DNA from: an uncultured Gammaproteobacteria bacterium
Lineage (GTDB): Bacteria; Patescibacteriota; Microgenomatia; Levybacterales; UBA12049
Direction of reading: 5' to 3'
Assembly: GCA_964457405.1 (NCBI GenBank)
Contig: CAYWEP010000002.1
Span: 1-48,094, forward strand
Length of the DNA stretch: 48,094 nt
Part shown: piece after piece, positions 15,974 to 24,555 of the stretch
Layout of the letters: each line of letters begins with the position of its first letter
Numbering within the stretch: position 1 is the stretch's first letter
Made by a program: the position numbers and the translations under genes
Notes under the pieces: model-generated
The model's database searches: none
What the model was told of the DNA's origin: nothing
What the model saw: only the letters and a program-made list of their open reading frames with translations

Positions 15974-16657
15974 TCAAATATATGTTTTTTTGAGATCGTT
16001 TTTGCCAAATGTTGTGTAGTTGTTGAGTTTGTCAAGGTTAAGCACTGTTACTCTTCTTCGCTCGACCCGTATAATGCCTTCATCCTCAAGTCGATGGATG
16101 GCAAGTGTTACTGTTTCGCGGAATGCGCCGACAAATTCTGCGATCCGCTGATGCGTCAGCTCAAGGCTGATGAGTATCCCCTTTCCTTTTTTGATACCGA
16201 ATTTTTCAGCGCAGTCACTTAAGAATATCGCAACACGGGGCGTGGTGCTCGCGTAGACAAAGCTCTCAAACTTTTTTTCAGTCAAGGCCAGCCGGTCACG
16301 AAATGCTTGTAAGAGCTCGATAAGAATCTCAGGATCATTGGTGATCCGCTCAAAACATTCCCGGCGTGAGATTGTCTGAACTTTAAGATTGGTAATCGCT
16401 TCGGCCGTATGCATGGTCCGATCGTCTTTTGAGAGGAGTGTACGGATACCAAGTAACTGTCCAGGACCGAGGAGATAACTTGTCGTCTCTCTTCCCTCCT
16501 CGGATAACCGATAAATTTTTATGTAGCCTTCTTTAATTAAATAGAGTCTTTCCAAAGGGTCGCCGGTGTTGAAGAGAATCGTTCCTTTTTTGACAAATTG
16601 CATTGGTGGTGAGTTAGGCGTTGAAAAAAGGGACGTGAAGTCCGCAGGATCCCACAT
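15974..16657 (-). CDS. Crp/Fnr-family transcriptional regulator (cNMP-binding domain plus C-terminal HTH)
   Basis: FVKKGTILFNTGDPLERLYLIKEGYIKIYRLSEEGRETT forms the beta-roll. LTHQRIAEFVGAFRETVTLAIHRLEDEGII forms the HTH. The start is uncertain: an ATG at 16657 or the track's TTG at 16735. Confidence 0.7.
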   Translation of the reverse strand: MWDPADFTSLFSTPNSPPMQFVKKGTILFNTGDPLERLYLIKEGYIKIYRLSEEGRETTSYLLGPGQLLGIRTLLSKDDRTMHTAEAITNLKVQTISRRECFERITNDPEILIELLQAFRDRLALTEKKFESFVYASTTPRVAIFLSDCAEKFGIKKGKGILISLELTHQRIAEFVGAFRETVTLAIHRLEDEGIIRVERRRVTVLNLDKLNNYTTFGKNDLKKTYI

Positions 16658-16826
16658 TCGATCAAGCCGTCCTTTCAATCTTTTCCGCGATTCATCCACG
16701 AGTAGACTATAGCATACAAAATCATGCGTTTGCAATGTAAATTTCTTACAATTTTAGCCTGATAACGCATACAGACAGTTTTTGTGGATGAGCATAAGAT
16801 GTGGGATAGATTGTCAGAGCAGCCTA

Positions 16827-16855
16827 TTGACAGGATTTTTTCTTGTTGTTAGTAT
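16827..16855 (+). promoter_or_regulatory. Candidate promoter TTGACA-N17-TAGTAT ending 7 nt before the ATG at 16863
   Basis: -35 at 16827-16832 and -10 at 16850-16855. It lies in the divergent Crp/KASIII intergenic region and implies a leaderless start at 16863. Confidence 0.35.
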
Positions 16856-16862
16856 CGTATTT

Positions 16863-17933
16863 ATGAGGACAGTACAAGAAATTGGCGAAATACCCATGAT
16901 CGTTGGTCTTGGGAAAGCAGTTGGAAGCCGGACAATGACCAATGCAGATATAGATGCTTTTCGTGGAAAGCCAACTGGTCTTACAGAGAGAGCAATGCGG
17001 ATGACTGGCGCAGGAATTGAAGAAAGACCATGGGTTGATGATACGCAAACGACATCAAGAATGTTGGCAGAAGCGATTGGTGAAGCATTGGAAGATGCAA
17101 AACGCCACCCAAAAGATCTCACTGCTGTGTTTATTGCAAGTACATCTCCAGACAGGCAAGATGGTTCGCTTGCCGGGCGAGTGCAATCAAGAGCCGGTTT
17201 ACGGATAGATATTCCAATTAGCACCAACGCTGATGCGTGCTCAGGCTTTGTCTACGCTGCACATCGTGCAGTTACTGCCATGACTTCGCCATACGGATCT
17301 ATCGAACAGGGGCCGGTTGCAGTTGCTTCATTTGAATTGATGAGTAGAAACCTGAGCAAGAAAGATAGCAATACAATACTTTTTGGTGATGGTGGTGGTG
17401 CAGTTATTTTAGATTGGAGAGTGCCAAGGCCAGGGTATGCAAATAAGATTGCATTCGCATTTGGAGCCAATGGAGGAGAAAATCTGGTTTTTGCCAACGC
17501 AATTCGCCTTTTAGCAGGTGGTACAGAAAAACCAGCAAGCCATGAAACAATCGATGCAGATGAGCATAGACTTACACTGGATGGAGATATGGTGCAGAAA
17601 TATGCGGAAGAAATTATGCCGATTCGATTATTTGAAGCATTACAAAGAGCAGGTTTAACATTAGACCAGATAGATAGGTTCGTTCCTCATCAAGCAAACA
17701 AGTTAATCATCAGTAATGTTGCTTTTAAAACTGGTATTCCTCTTGAAAAAGTTGAGATAGTAATTGATCGATATGGAAATACGTCTGCTGGCTCGATCCC
17801 AATCACATTATACGAAGCAGATCGAGGAGGAAAGCTTGAAGAGGGACAATATTTTGCAGCAGTAGCATTTGGCGCTGGATTTAATTCAGGAGCAATGGTT
17901 TTCCCAAATCCAGTGCACAGTAAAGCTATGTAA
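16863..17933 (+). CDS. 3-oxoacyl synthase III (FabH-like, Cys-His-Asn thiolase fold)
   Basis: NADACSGFVYAAH (Cys), FVPHQANKLI (His), RYGNTSAGSIP (Asn) and AFGAGFNSG. An alternative start lies at 16896; the track start at 16782 is unlikely. Confidence 0.75.
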   Translation: MRTVQEIGEIPMIVGLGKAVGSRTMTNADIDAFRGKPTGLTERAMRMTGAGIEERPWVDDTQTTSRMLAEAIGEALEDAKRHPKDLTAVFIASTSPDRQDGSLAGRVQSRAGLRIDIPISTNADACSGFVYAAHRAVTAMTSPYGSIEQGPVAVASFELMSRNLSKKDSNTILFGDGGGAVILDWRVPRPGYANKIAFAFGANGGENLVFANAIRLLAGGTEKPASHETIDADEHRLTLDGDMVQKYAEEIMPIRLFEALQRAGLTLDQIDRFVPHQANKLIISNVAFKTGIPLEKVEIVIDRYGNTSAGSIPITLYEADRGGKLEEGQYFAAVAFGAGFNSGAMVFPNPVHSKAM

Positions 17934-17939
17934 TACATT

Positions 17940-19181
17940 ATGGCTACTCAAGAAGCTCAAGAAAGAAGACGAGTTGTTGTTACGGGTATTGGAGCAATCT
18001 CCGCTCTCGGTTTTTCAGCTCAGGAAAACTTTCAAAACCTTGTTGACGGAAAGACTGGTCTCTCCTCTCTCCCATTTGAACATCCAACGATAAAACTCGC
18101 AGGACAGATAAAAAATTTTGATCTAAAGACAGTTTTTAGTGCATTTGATGACAAGCGACTGAAAGAAACGAATCGTCTCCCCCGTGCAGCACAAATAGGC
18201 CAAGCAGCTATGCAGGAGGCATTGCAAAGTGCTGACCTTTTGGATGATCATTCATTGCTGAAAGATCCAAGTGTTGCAGAGGATTTTCCAGTCTATCAAG
18301 CAACAGCAATCGGCGGAGGGTTTGACCTAGATATTCTTGAGGGAAAATCGAAGATACATATCATCCAGACGCTTCCAGATACTGTTGCGAGTGGTCCAGG
18401 TAGGATATTTGGATTACGAGGTACTTATTTGACACCTATGGCTGCGTGTGCAGGCGGTGGTGAGGCTATTGGCATTGCTTTTCGATTTATTAGGGATGGA
18501 TACAATGATATTGCTATTGCGGGAGGAGCAGAAAGTGGAATAACGCCAAGACACATTGATCAATATGATCAAATCCACGCCCTATCGCTGTCCGATGACC
18601 CAGAAAGAGCAAGTTTGCCCTTCGATGTTGATGCCTCAGGATTCGTCATGGCTGAAGCCGGAGCTGCTTTGATACTTGAATCAGAAGAACATGCAGTCAG
18701 AAGAGGAGCACAAATTCTTGCAGAAGTAAAATGGTTTGAGTCTGGCTCGGATGCATACCATCCTACGTCAGGAGATGGGTCTGCGCTTCGCAAAACAATG
18801 AGGCGGGTTCGTAAAGTATTGGGAGAGGTTGATGGAGCGCTCTTTGTGCAAGCGCATGCGACAGGGACAAAGGGAGACCTGGTTGAGGGTAAGGTAATTG
18901 AGAAAGTGTTGGAGGATGATCGTGAAAAAGTTGTTTATGCGTATAAACGGCGAACTGGGCACCCGCTCGGTGTGGCTGGTGTTTATGGAGCCTTCGTAAC
19001 AATCTATACTCTCAACGAAGGCGTCGTTCCTCCAAACAATGTTGAACACCCCGTAAAAGAGTTTGCATTTGAATTGCCACGAGAAGCAGTACAAAGAAAA
19101 TTCGCTGCTGGAATGAGTAACTCATTGGGTTTTGGTGGGGATACAAATACACTCGGATTTGTACCATATGTTCCTCGATAG
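17940..19181 (+). CDS. 3-oxoacyl synthase I/II (FabF/FabB-like, Cys-His-His)
   Basis: RRVVVTGIGAISALG, MAACAGGGEAIG (Cys), QAHATGTKGD (His), TGHPLGVAGV (His) and NSLGFGGDTNTLGF. Confidence 0.8.
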   Translation: MATQEAQERRRVVVTGIGAISALGFSAQENFQNLVDGKTGLSSLPFEHPTIKLAGQIKNFDLKTVFSAFDDKRLKETNRLPRAAQIGQAAMQEALQSADLLDDHSLLKDPSVAEDFPVYQATAIGGGFDLDILEGKSKIHIIQTLPDTVASGPGRIFGLRGTYLTPMAACAGGGEAIGIAFRFIRDGYNDIAIAGGAESGITPRHIDQYDQIHALSLSDDPERASLPFDVDASGFVMAEAGAALILESEEHAVRRGAQILAEVKWFESGSDAYHPTSGDGSALRKTMRRVRKVLGEVDGALFVQAHATGTKGDLVEGKVIEKVLEDDREKVVYAYKRRTGHPLGVAGVYGAFVTIYTLNEGVVPPNNVEHPVKEFAFELPREAVQRKFAAGMSNSLGFGGDTNTLGFVPYVPR

Positions 19182-19191
19182 CTTCGTAGTT

Positions 19192-20355
19192 CTACGCTGC
19201 TTTTCGGAGACCGTACTCTATTATCCCCCCATCAGCAGAACCACCGGCGCCATAGCCGACTACCATTATCCTTCTTCCTCCTTTTGCCTCCGGAAGAAGT
19301 CGGTTGTGCGCGATAAGCGTCGTTGCAGCGCTGCTGTTCCCATCTGGAACAACCCAAGGAATAGGTGGGCTCTCAACACCCGCTCTTACCAAGCGTTTCA
19401 CGAGGCCATCGCTCATTGCTTTAGAAGCAGGGTGCGCTGCAGTATATATGATATTTTTGCTTGGAAATTGTTGATTGTGTTCTTTGAGGACCTCTCCTAT
19501 AAATACTACCATCTCTCCCACGAAAAGCATAGAGGTTTTTCTATTATCAAGAACAAGAAGTAGGCCGTCTTGTGGCTTTGGGTATCGTATCAAATGAAGC
19601 CCGTTTTCGTCGTCCTCTTGCCAAATGTCTGCATTCTCTGGATCGAGTAGTCTCTCATAAGTCATATGCGCAGCAAGAGCACCCTCCGTGTCTTTAAAAA
19701 CTTTGCGCTTTACAGTATGTGCGATAATATCTTCCCCAGGAACTATTCCGATCCCTGCTGCTCCGTTTGAAAAAACTTGAATTGAAAAAGGGTCTGCTCG
19801 ATTAATATCTAAGTCCGGTGTAAGCGTGGTCACATTTTCCATTCCCAAAATAAGCACCTTTTTTCCTTGCAGATCTGGATTTGTTAAAGCGCGAAAAAAC
19901 TCGTGCGCGCCAGATGTGCATGCGGCATATGTGCTATGTGTCATGACATCCTCTCGCATCCCTAATTGTTGGGCAACGATGTTTGCGTAATTAACACCTA
20001 CGTTAGGATTATCAACGGGAGGAACACCACTTCCGACGAATACCGCATCAACGTCCGTTGGTTTCCATCCATTCAATTCTAACGTGGTTGTAGCGATTGT
20101 TTCCGCGACACTAAGCTCGTCCTGGATTGCATCATGCCTTTCAATACCAGCTCTTTGATGGTAGATATAGTCAAATCCTGTCGATGTAGAAAGTTCAATT
20201 TGCCTTACTCCCTGAAGTGCGAGCGCTTGGTGGATATCATCCATTGTCTTTTTCTCGCCCCAGTGCCCAACAACTCCTGGGAGATCCTCAGGACTCTCGT
20301 GTACCTCAAGATCAAGAATTGCGCCACTTGGTAAGCTCAGTCTCTCTACAGCCAT
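19192..20355 (-). CDS. Divergent KASIII / type III PKS-like condensing enzyme (Cys-His-Asn)
   Basis: HSTYAACTSGAHEF (Cys), YTAAHPASKAM (His), VPDGNSSAATTL (Asn) and VVGYGAGGS. The ATG at 20355 is preferred over the TTG at 20370. Confidence 0.6.
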   Translation of the reverse strand: MAVERLSLPSGAILDLEVHESPEDLPGVVGHWGEKKTMDDIHQALALQGVRQIELSTSTGFDYIYHQRAGIERHDAIQDELSVAETIATTTLELNGWKPTDVDAVFVGSGVPPVDNPNVGVNYANIVAQQLGMREDVMTHSTYAACTSGAHEFFRALTNPDLQGKKVLILGMENVTTLTPDLDINRADPFSIQVFSNGAAGIGIVPGEDIIAHTVKRKVFKDTEGALAAHMTYERLLDPENADIWQEDDENGLHLIRYPKPQDGLLLVLDNRKTSMLFVGEMVVFIGEVLKEHNQQFPSKNIIYTAAHPASKAMSDGLVKRLVRAGVESPPIPWVVPDGNSSAATTLIAHNRLLPEAKGGRRIMVVGYGAGGSADGGIIEYGLRKAA

Positions 20356-20426
20356 GAATTTATAGTACAAAAAAGAATTGGGGAAATTCTGTAGGAGGTA
20401 TTACAGAAGAGTGGTAAGAAGTTTTT

Positions 20427-21401
20427 TTATGCTGCTTGTCCCTGAAAACGCTTTGATGCATCTTTATAGCTAATAATTCCCGCTGTCATTTTATCGTATG
20501 ATGCTACTAATTCTCCACATTGATTAATAACCTTTGCACCTGCCATAAGGATTCCTCTGTCTCCTGAAATTCTTTTCATAAGACCCTTTGGAATAGTTTG
20601 AAGCTCATCGCCTGCTTTCACAGCTCTATAGTATTTACTCCCCGCTATTCTTTTGAAAAGACCCACGCTAATCGGGACTCCTTGATCATCAAGTTCAAGT
20701 CCATCTATTCCAAGTCCTATAGCTGCAACCGCTTGTACTGCTGCTTCATCAATCTCATCTGTAGGCAGTATGCTCTCGTCTGTTGGTTTGATTCTGAAAT
20801 GGACACCCCTCATATTTATTATTTCTTTTTCCCTATTAGACCCTCTGATATTTGCATAGTAATCACTGCCTTCTTGTCCTAGAAGCTCAGCCATGAAAAC
20901 TCCGGTTCCTCCTGGTTGAACAACCCCACTAAAGTCCACACCTGCAATATCAATCACAACAACTTCACCAGTGAAATCTGCAAGTGAAGTATTTGCTGCG
21001 GTAAGCCCGGCAGTCATAGCACCAGCACGTTCGCTATAGTGTCCTGGAAGCAGCTTATACTGCGATAGTAATCCACCGAAATGTCCAGTAAAATGAGCGC
21101 GAGGGGTGAGCGTTCCTATTCCTGTTTCTCCATCGGCTCTACGAAATCCGGTAATCGCTGGAAGGGATCGAGTCCACGCAACTAATTCAGGCGTAACAGT
21201 GAGAAATCCTCTCGCGTTTTCTCCATCCCCTTCTACTCGATGAATTCGTATTGCATTTGGACCCCAAATATCCTTGGCTGTTTGTGGGACGGTGTCTGGG
21301 AGAACTAAATCATGTTGTGGGAGCGAAAGATCGCCCGATGTTGGCGCTTGGAAACCTGCATCTTGAGGAGATATCGGATGTCTTGGTGATCCGTCTACCA
21401 T
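20427..21401 (-). CDS. FabZ/FabA-like hotdog-fold dehydratase, probably a double hotdog
   Basis: AHFTGHFGGLLSQYKLLPGHYSERAGAMTAG follows the FabZ active-site pattern H-F-x-G-H-F...P-G...E-x-x-A. The C-terminal half (FKRIAGSKYYRAVKAGDEL...VINQCGELV) looks like a second, MaoC-style hotdog. Confidence 0.45.
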   Translation of the reverse strand: MVDGSPRHPISPQDAGFQAPTSGDLSLPQHDLVLPDTVPQTAKDIWGPNAIRIHRVEGDGENARGFLTVTPELVAWTRSLPAITGFRRADGETGIGTLTPRAHFTGHFGGLLSQYKLLPGHYSERAGAMTAGLTAANTSLADFTGEVVVIDIAGVDFSGVVQPGGTGVFMAELLGQEGSDYYANIRGSNREKEIINMRGVHFRIKPTDESILPTDEIDEAAVQAVAAIGLGIDGLELDDQGVPISVGLFKRIAGSKYYRAVKAGDELQTIPKGLMKRISGDRGILMAGAKVINQCGELVASYDKMTAGIISYKDASKRFQGQAA

Positions 21402-21402
21402 A

Positions 21403-22515
21403 TTAAATCGGGCTCCTAAATGTCAACATCGGATGATCCTTTGGTATTTCCCGAACAATGTTAGCCTGCGCCTCTTCTGGAGTATTTGTTGGTCCAAGAA
21501 CATAGAGCTTTCTTGGCTGTCCTGGCGTCCAAAGTTCAGTGTCGTTTGGGTCTGACAGAAGCATTATCTGAACAGCTTTAGCCATATCTGTTCTTGTCAT
21601 GGGTTTGCTTGCTTCTGTATATCGGGTTTGCTCTTCAGCAGTCATGAGTTGAAAAATACCTCCTCGAAACATTGCACCCACATCTGTATCATCGATAACT
21701 TGTCCAATTACGGTATATGGATATACGCTGTCCATCTCCAAGTTTGATTTTCTTTCAGCAGACTGAATTTCAAGGTCAAATGATTTTTTAGGTACTGCTA
21801 CCGGCCAATACCAAAGTGGTACTTCTATGCCTGGTTGCCCAATTTGATCCGTCCAAATACTTCCAAAATTAATAATTTTTGCTCCTCGCTTGAACATACC
21901 TTGATAAAATAACTCGTCAAGAAGAAATTTCGGTCCAAAATAATTTGACTGCATTGCACCTGGCATTGCTTGCCATACCCATTCTCCAAGTTTTCTCTGT
22001 AGATCTACTCTTGCCTCTTGAAACGCTGCTTCAGTGCCCCTTTTCCTTATTCCTCTGAGCCTAACAAGTCCTCCTAGTAATTTGTCTTTTGTGTTGTAGG
22101 CTTGCATACCTTCCGCAGCGGCATGAACCCAGCTATTTAGAACAAAACCCTGACCTTCCAGCTCTATAACTTTTTCGACAATTCCAACGTGGTCGAGTAA
22201 ATCAACATCAAATGGAACAATGCCTTTTTCCAGATTAACTTCTCGAGAAATTTCCCCGGCTTCTTGTAATTCTCTTGCCTCAGCCGCAAATGTTTCAACA
22301 TTAGCAATATCTCGTGTTCCGATGGCTACATTTCCGCCGTTTTTGAGAACATCAAGCGCTACTACTTTCCCGGTACCGCGCCTGCCACCAGTAATGAGGT
22401 GATTTTCATCCCATAAGGGCAATGATTCTGCGGATTCTGTTCGGGGAAGAAAAGCGGCAGAGGCATCAATTGGGAAGGGTTGTCTACCGAGAATTATTCT
22501 TTCTGCGAATGCCAT
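21403..22515 (-). CDS. Rossmann-fold SDR-type oxidoreductase (candidate enoyl or keto reductase)
   Basis: HLITGGRRGTGKVVAL is a TGGxxGxG-type dinucleotide motif. WYWPVAVPKK gives a Tyr-x6-Lys spacing. The protein is 370 aa, longer than classical SDRs. Confidence 0.55.
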   Translation of the reverse strand: MAFAERIILGRQPFPIDASAAFLPRTESAESLPLWDENHLITGGRRGTGKVVALDVLKNGGNVAIGTRDIANVETFAAEARELQEAGEISREVNLEKGIVPFDVDLLDHVGIVEKVIELEGQGFVLNSWVHAAAEGMQAYNTKDKLLGGLVRLRGIRKRGTEAAFQEARVDLQRKLGEWVWQAMPGAMQSNYFGPKFLLDELFYQGMFKRGAKIINFGSIWTDQIGQPGIEVPLWYWPVAVPKKSFDLEIQSAERKSNLEMDSVYPYTVIGQVIDDTDVGAMFRGGIFQLMTAEEQTRYTEASKPMTRTDMAKAVQIMLLSDPNDTELWTPGQPRKLYVLGPTNTPEEAQANIVREIPKDHPMLTFRSPI

Positions 22516-22516
22516 A

Positions 22517-23461
22517 TTATGCTGCTTGAACTTGTCCTCTATAAAGAACTTGCATTTCTTGTCCGGTCAAATTCCCCGTTGTCTCAGCTGCAAAATAGAG
22601 ATATGCCAAGGCAACGTCTTGAGTGTTGATACCTTCAGGCATGCCAGCAAGCTTCAGAACACGTTTCTCGTCTTTTTCTGTTAGAGGTTTGGTCATTTCG
22701 GTTCCTGGAACAAGCCCAGGTGATACAACGTTTGCACGAATTTTAGAGTAGATACCTTCTCGACTAAGTGTTTTCACTAGCGACCGAGTTGCTCCATTCA
22801 GCATTGAGTATGGTGCCTGGCCAGGGCTCCCTTCATTTGCAATGCTCGATGTCGCTATCAACACTCCGCCACGAGGAGACTGATCCCTCATTTGCTTAAA
22901 CGCAGCTCTGAACAGCCGAACATTGCTCATACCTTTTACCTGCCAAAGCTTGTCAAAAGCCTCATCAGGTAAGTCCATAAAAGATCCATCTTCACGAACT
23001 CCATGGTTTGAGCCAACAATATCAAGTCTTCCAAACCTATTGACTGTTTCTTCTATCAGTCTGGCAGGTGCTTCAGGATTAGTGAGGTCGGCTGGAAGCC
23101 AATAGGCCTCGATACCTTTTCCCTGTAGTTCTTGTACGAGACTCTCTCCTTGCTCTCTGCTTCCTTCTGTTGCAGTAAGAACGAGTCGTGCACCCTGCGC
23201 GCCAAATTCTCTCGCGATTGCTGGACCAAGGCTATTATCGATTCCTCGACCTACGCCTGTAAGCAGCACTCCTTTGTCTTTTAGTAATTGTCCTTCACGA
23301 TATTCTGGTATGGTAAATCTAAATGCTTCAGGAATTTCAAATTTGAGGCTGTCTACTACTGGGTCCCCTCCGGCTGTTGCACCAGTATCGGGAGCGTAAA
23401 GAATGCTATCTGCTGGCAAACCAAATCTTGGGCCACCGAGTCTCTCTCCGCGTGCTGCCAT
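22517..23461 (-). CDS. SDR-family reductase with a FabI/FabG-like N-terminal motif and an atypical catalytic segment
   Basis: GVLLTGVGRGIDNSLGPAIAREFGAQGARLVL resembles the FabI sequence TGVASKLSIAYGIAQAM. Also present are SNHGV, ATSSIANEGSPGQAPYSMLNGATRSL and ANVVSPG. A roughly 60-aa N-terminal extension is present. Confidence 0.6.
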   Translation of the reverse strand: MAARGERLGGPRFGLPADSILYAPDTGATAGGDPVVDSLKFEIPEAFRFTIPEYREGQLLKDKGVLLTGVGRGIDNSLGPAIAREFGAQGARLVLTATEGSREQGESLVQELQGKGIEAYWLPADLTNPEAPARLIEETVNRFGRLDIVGSNHGVREDGSFMDLPDEAFDKLWQVKGMSNVRLFRAAFKQMRDQSPRGGVLIATSSIANEGSPGQAPYSMLNGATRSLVKTLSREGIYSKIRANVVSPGLVPGTEMTKPLTEKDEKRVLKLAGMPEGINTQDVALAYLYFAAETTGNLTGQEMQVLYRGQVQAA

Positions 23462-23527
23462 GATGTAAATTTAGCCTATTCTGGCGGACAATTCTGTAAC
23501 CATAATTACAAAAGATGAGTATAAATA

Positions 23528-24523
23528 TTAAGTTTTTGGTTTATATCCTTTTGGTACAACGCCGAGCATTATCTCATAGACGAGATCACCTATTGTAAAA
23601 TTAGGCTCTTTTCCGTCATTTTTCAGTTCTTCATTCCTTTTATGTATATTCGGTTCTGCCTCTTCAAGTGTGAAAGGTTGTGCAAATGTATACTCAGCTG
23701 TTCTCGCTGGACGAAATCCCCCTTTTCTATTGTTTTGGCTGCCTTTTTCGCCGATTCCTGCAACGAGAAATGCAATATTCTTAATTCCCTTTTTTCTTGC
23801 AGCCTTGATAAGTATTTGTATTGGTCCCATCTCAAACCGTGTCATACCTGGTTCTCTTCCCGCTTGTGGGAGTAAAACGTTTATACCAGGTTTTTCTCCT
23901 TCTGATTGGAGTATGTCTGTTGCCGTATCAAGGTAGTGTAAGAGCATTGTCCTTCCGTCTCGTCTTTTTCCCCGCATTTTTTTCTCATACTCCTCTCTAC
24001 CCATGTCAGCTTTGCCTATTCTTGAAGCAACATGATAGGTAAAAATTGTTTTTGCCCTTTCAAGTAGTGGTGGCTGGTCAAAGCTTCCTCCTTGTTCGCG
24101 GGTGTGAGGGGTGACTGTGCGAACTGCTGTAACGCCAAGGTAATTCGCTATTGGTGCGAGGATATCTTTCCATTGGTGATCGCCAACAGGGGTAATAACC
24201 TTAACATCACAGAAATAATCATCGGTAGCCCATAAAACCTCTAGTAATCCAAATGGGTCACGGCTTAATCGATGGTTTGCCACAACGATGCCACCGTTTC
24301 CATTTTGTAATAGTTGAACGAATTTTTTTACCGGTTCTACGGTCTCGCCTTCTGGCCCTTTCAGTATTCTATAAGGGAAAAGTGGCTTTCTGTTTAGGAG
24401 CTCTGCAATTCTTTTTCGTCTTCCTGCAATATCAGGCTGGGGTAAACCCAATCTTCTTGCCAATCGCGTTCTGTGGTCAATGGTAAGTGGTTGCCTTTGC
24501 GCTTGTGCTTCAGTAGCTACCAT
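23528..24523 (-). CDS. PlsC/LPLAT-family acyltransferase
   Basis: VVANHRLSRDPFG contains the acyltransferase motif I, H-x4-D. The protein is 331 aa. Confidence 0.55.
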   Translation of the reverse strand: MVATEAQAQRQPLTIDHRTRLARRLGLPQPDIAGRRKRIAELLNRKPLFPYRILKGPEGETVEPVKKFVQLLQNGNGGIVVANHRLSRDPFGLLEVLWATDDYFCDVKVITPVGDHQWKDILAPIANYLGVTAVRTVTPHTREQGGSFDQPPLLERAKTIFTYHVASRIGKADMGREEYEKKMRGKRRDGRTMLLHYLDTATDILQSEGEKPGINVLLPQAGREPGMTRFEMGPIQILIKAARKKGIKNIAFLVAGIGEKGSQNNRKGGFRPARTAEYTFAQPFTLEEAEPNIHKRNEELKNDGKEPNFTIGDLVYEIMLGVVPKGYKPKT

Positions 24524-24555
24524 GCAGAGGATTATATCATGATGTTAGGCGATAT

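Noticed and set aside
16736-16750. TGTAA-N5-TTACA and TGTCA-N11-TGACA (16812-16832) as Crp/Fnr operators in the divergent regulator/KASIII spacer.
   Set aside because: The spacings do not match TGTGA-N6-TCACA or TTGAT-N4-ATCAA. The second pair is really a direct repeat, ATTG(T/A)CAG, whose right copy is the putative -35 box.
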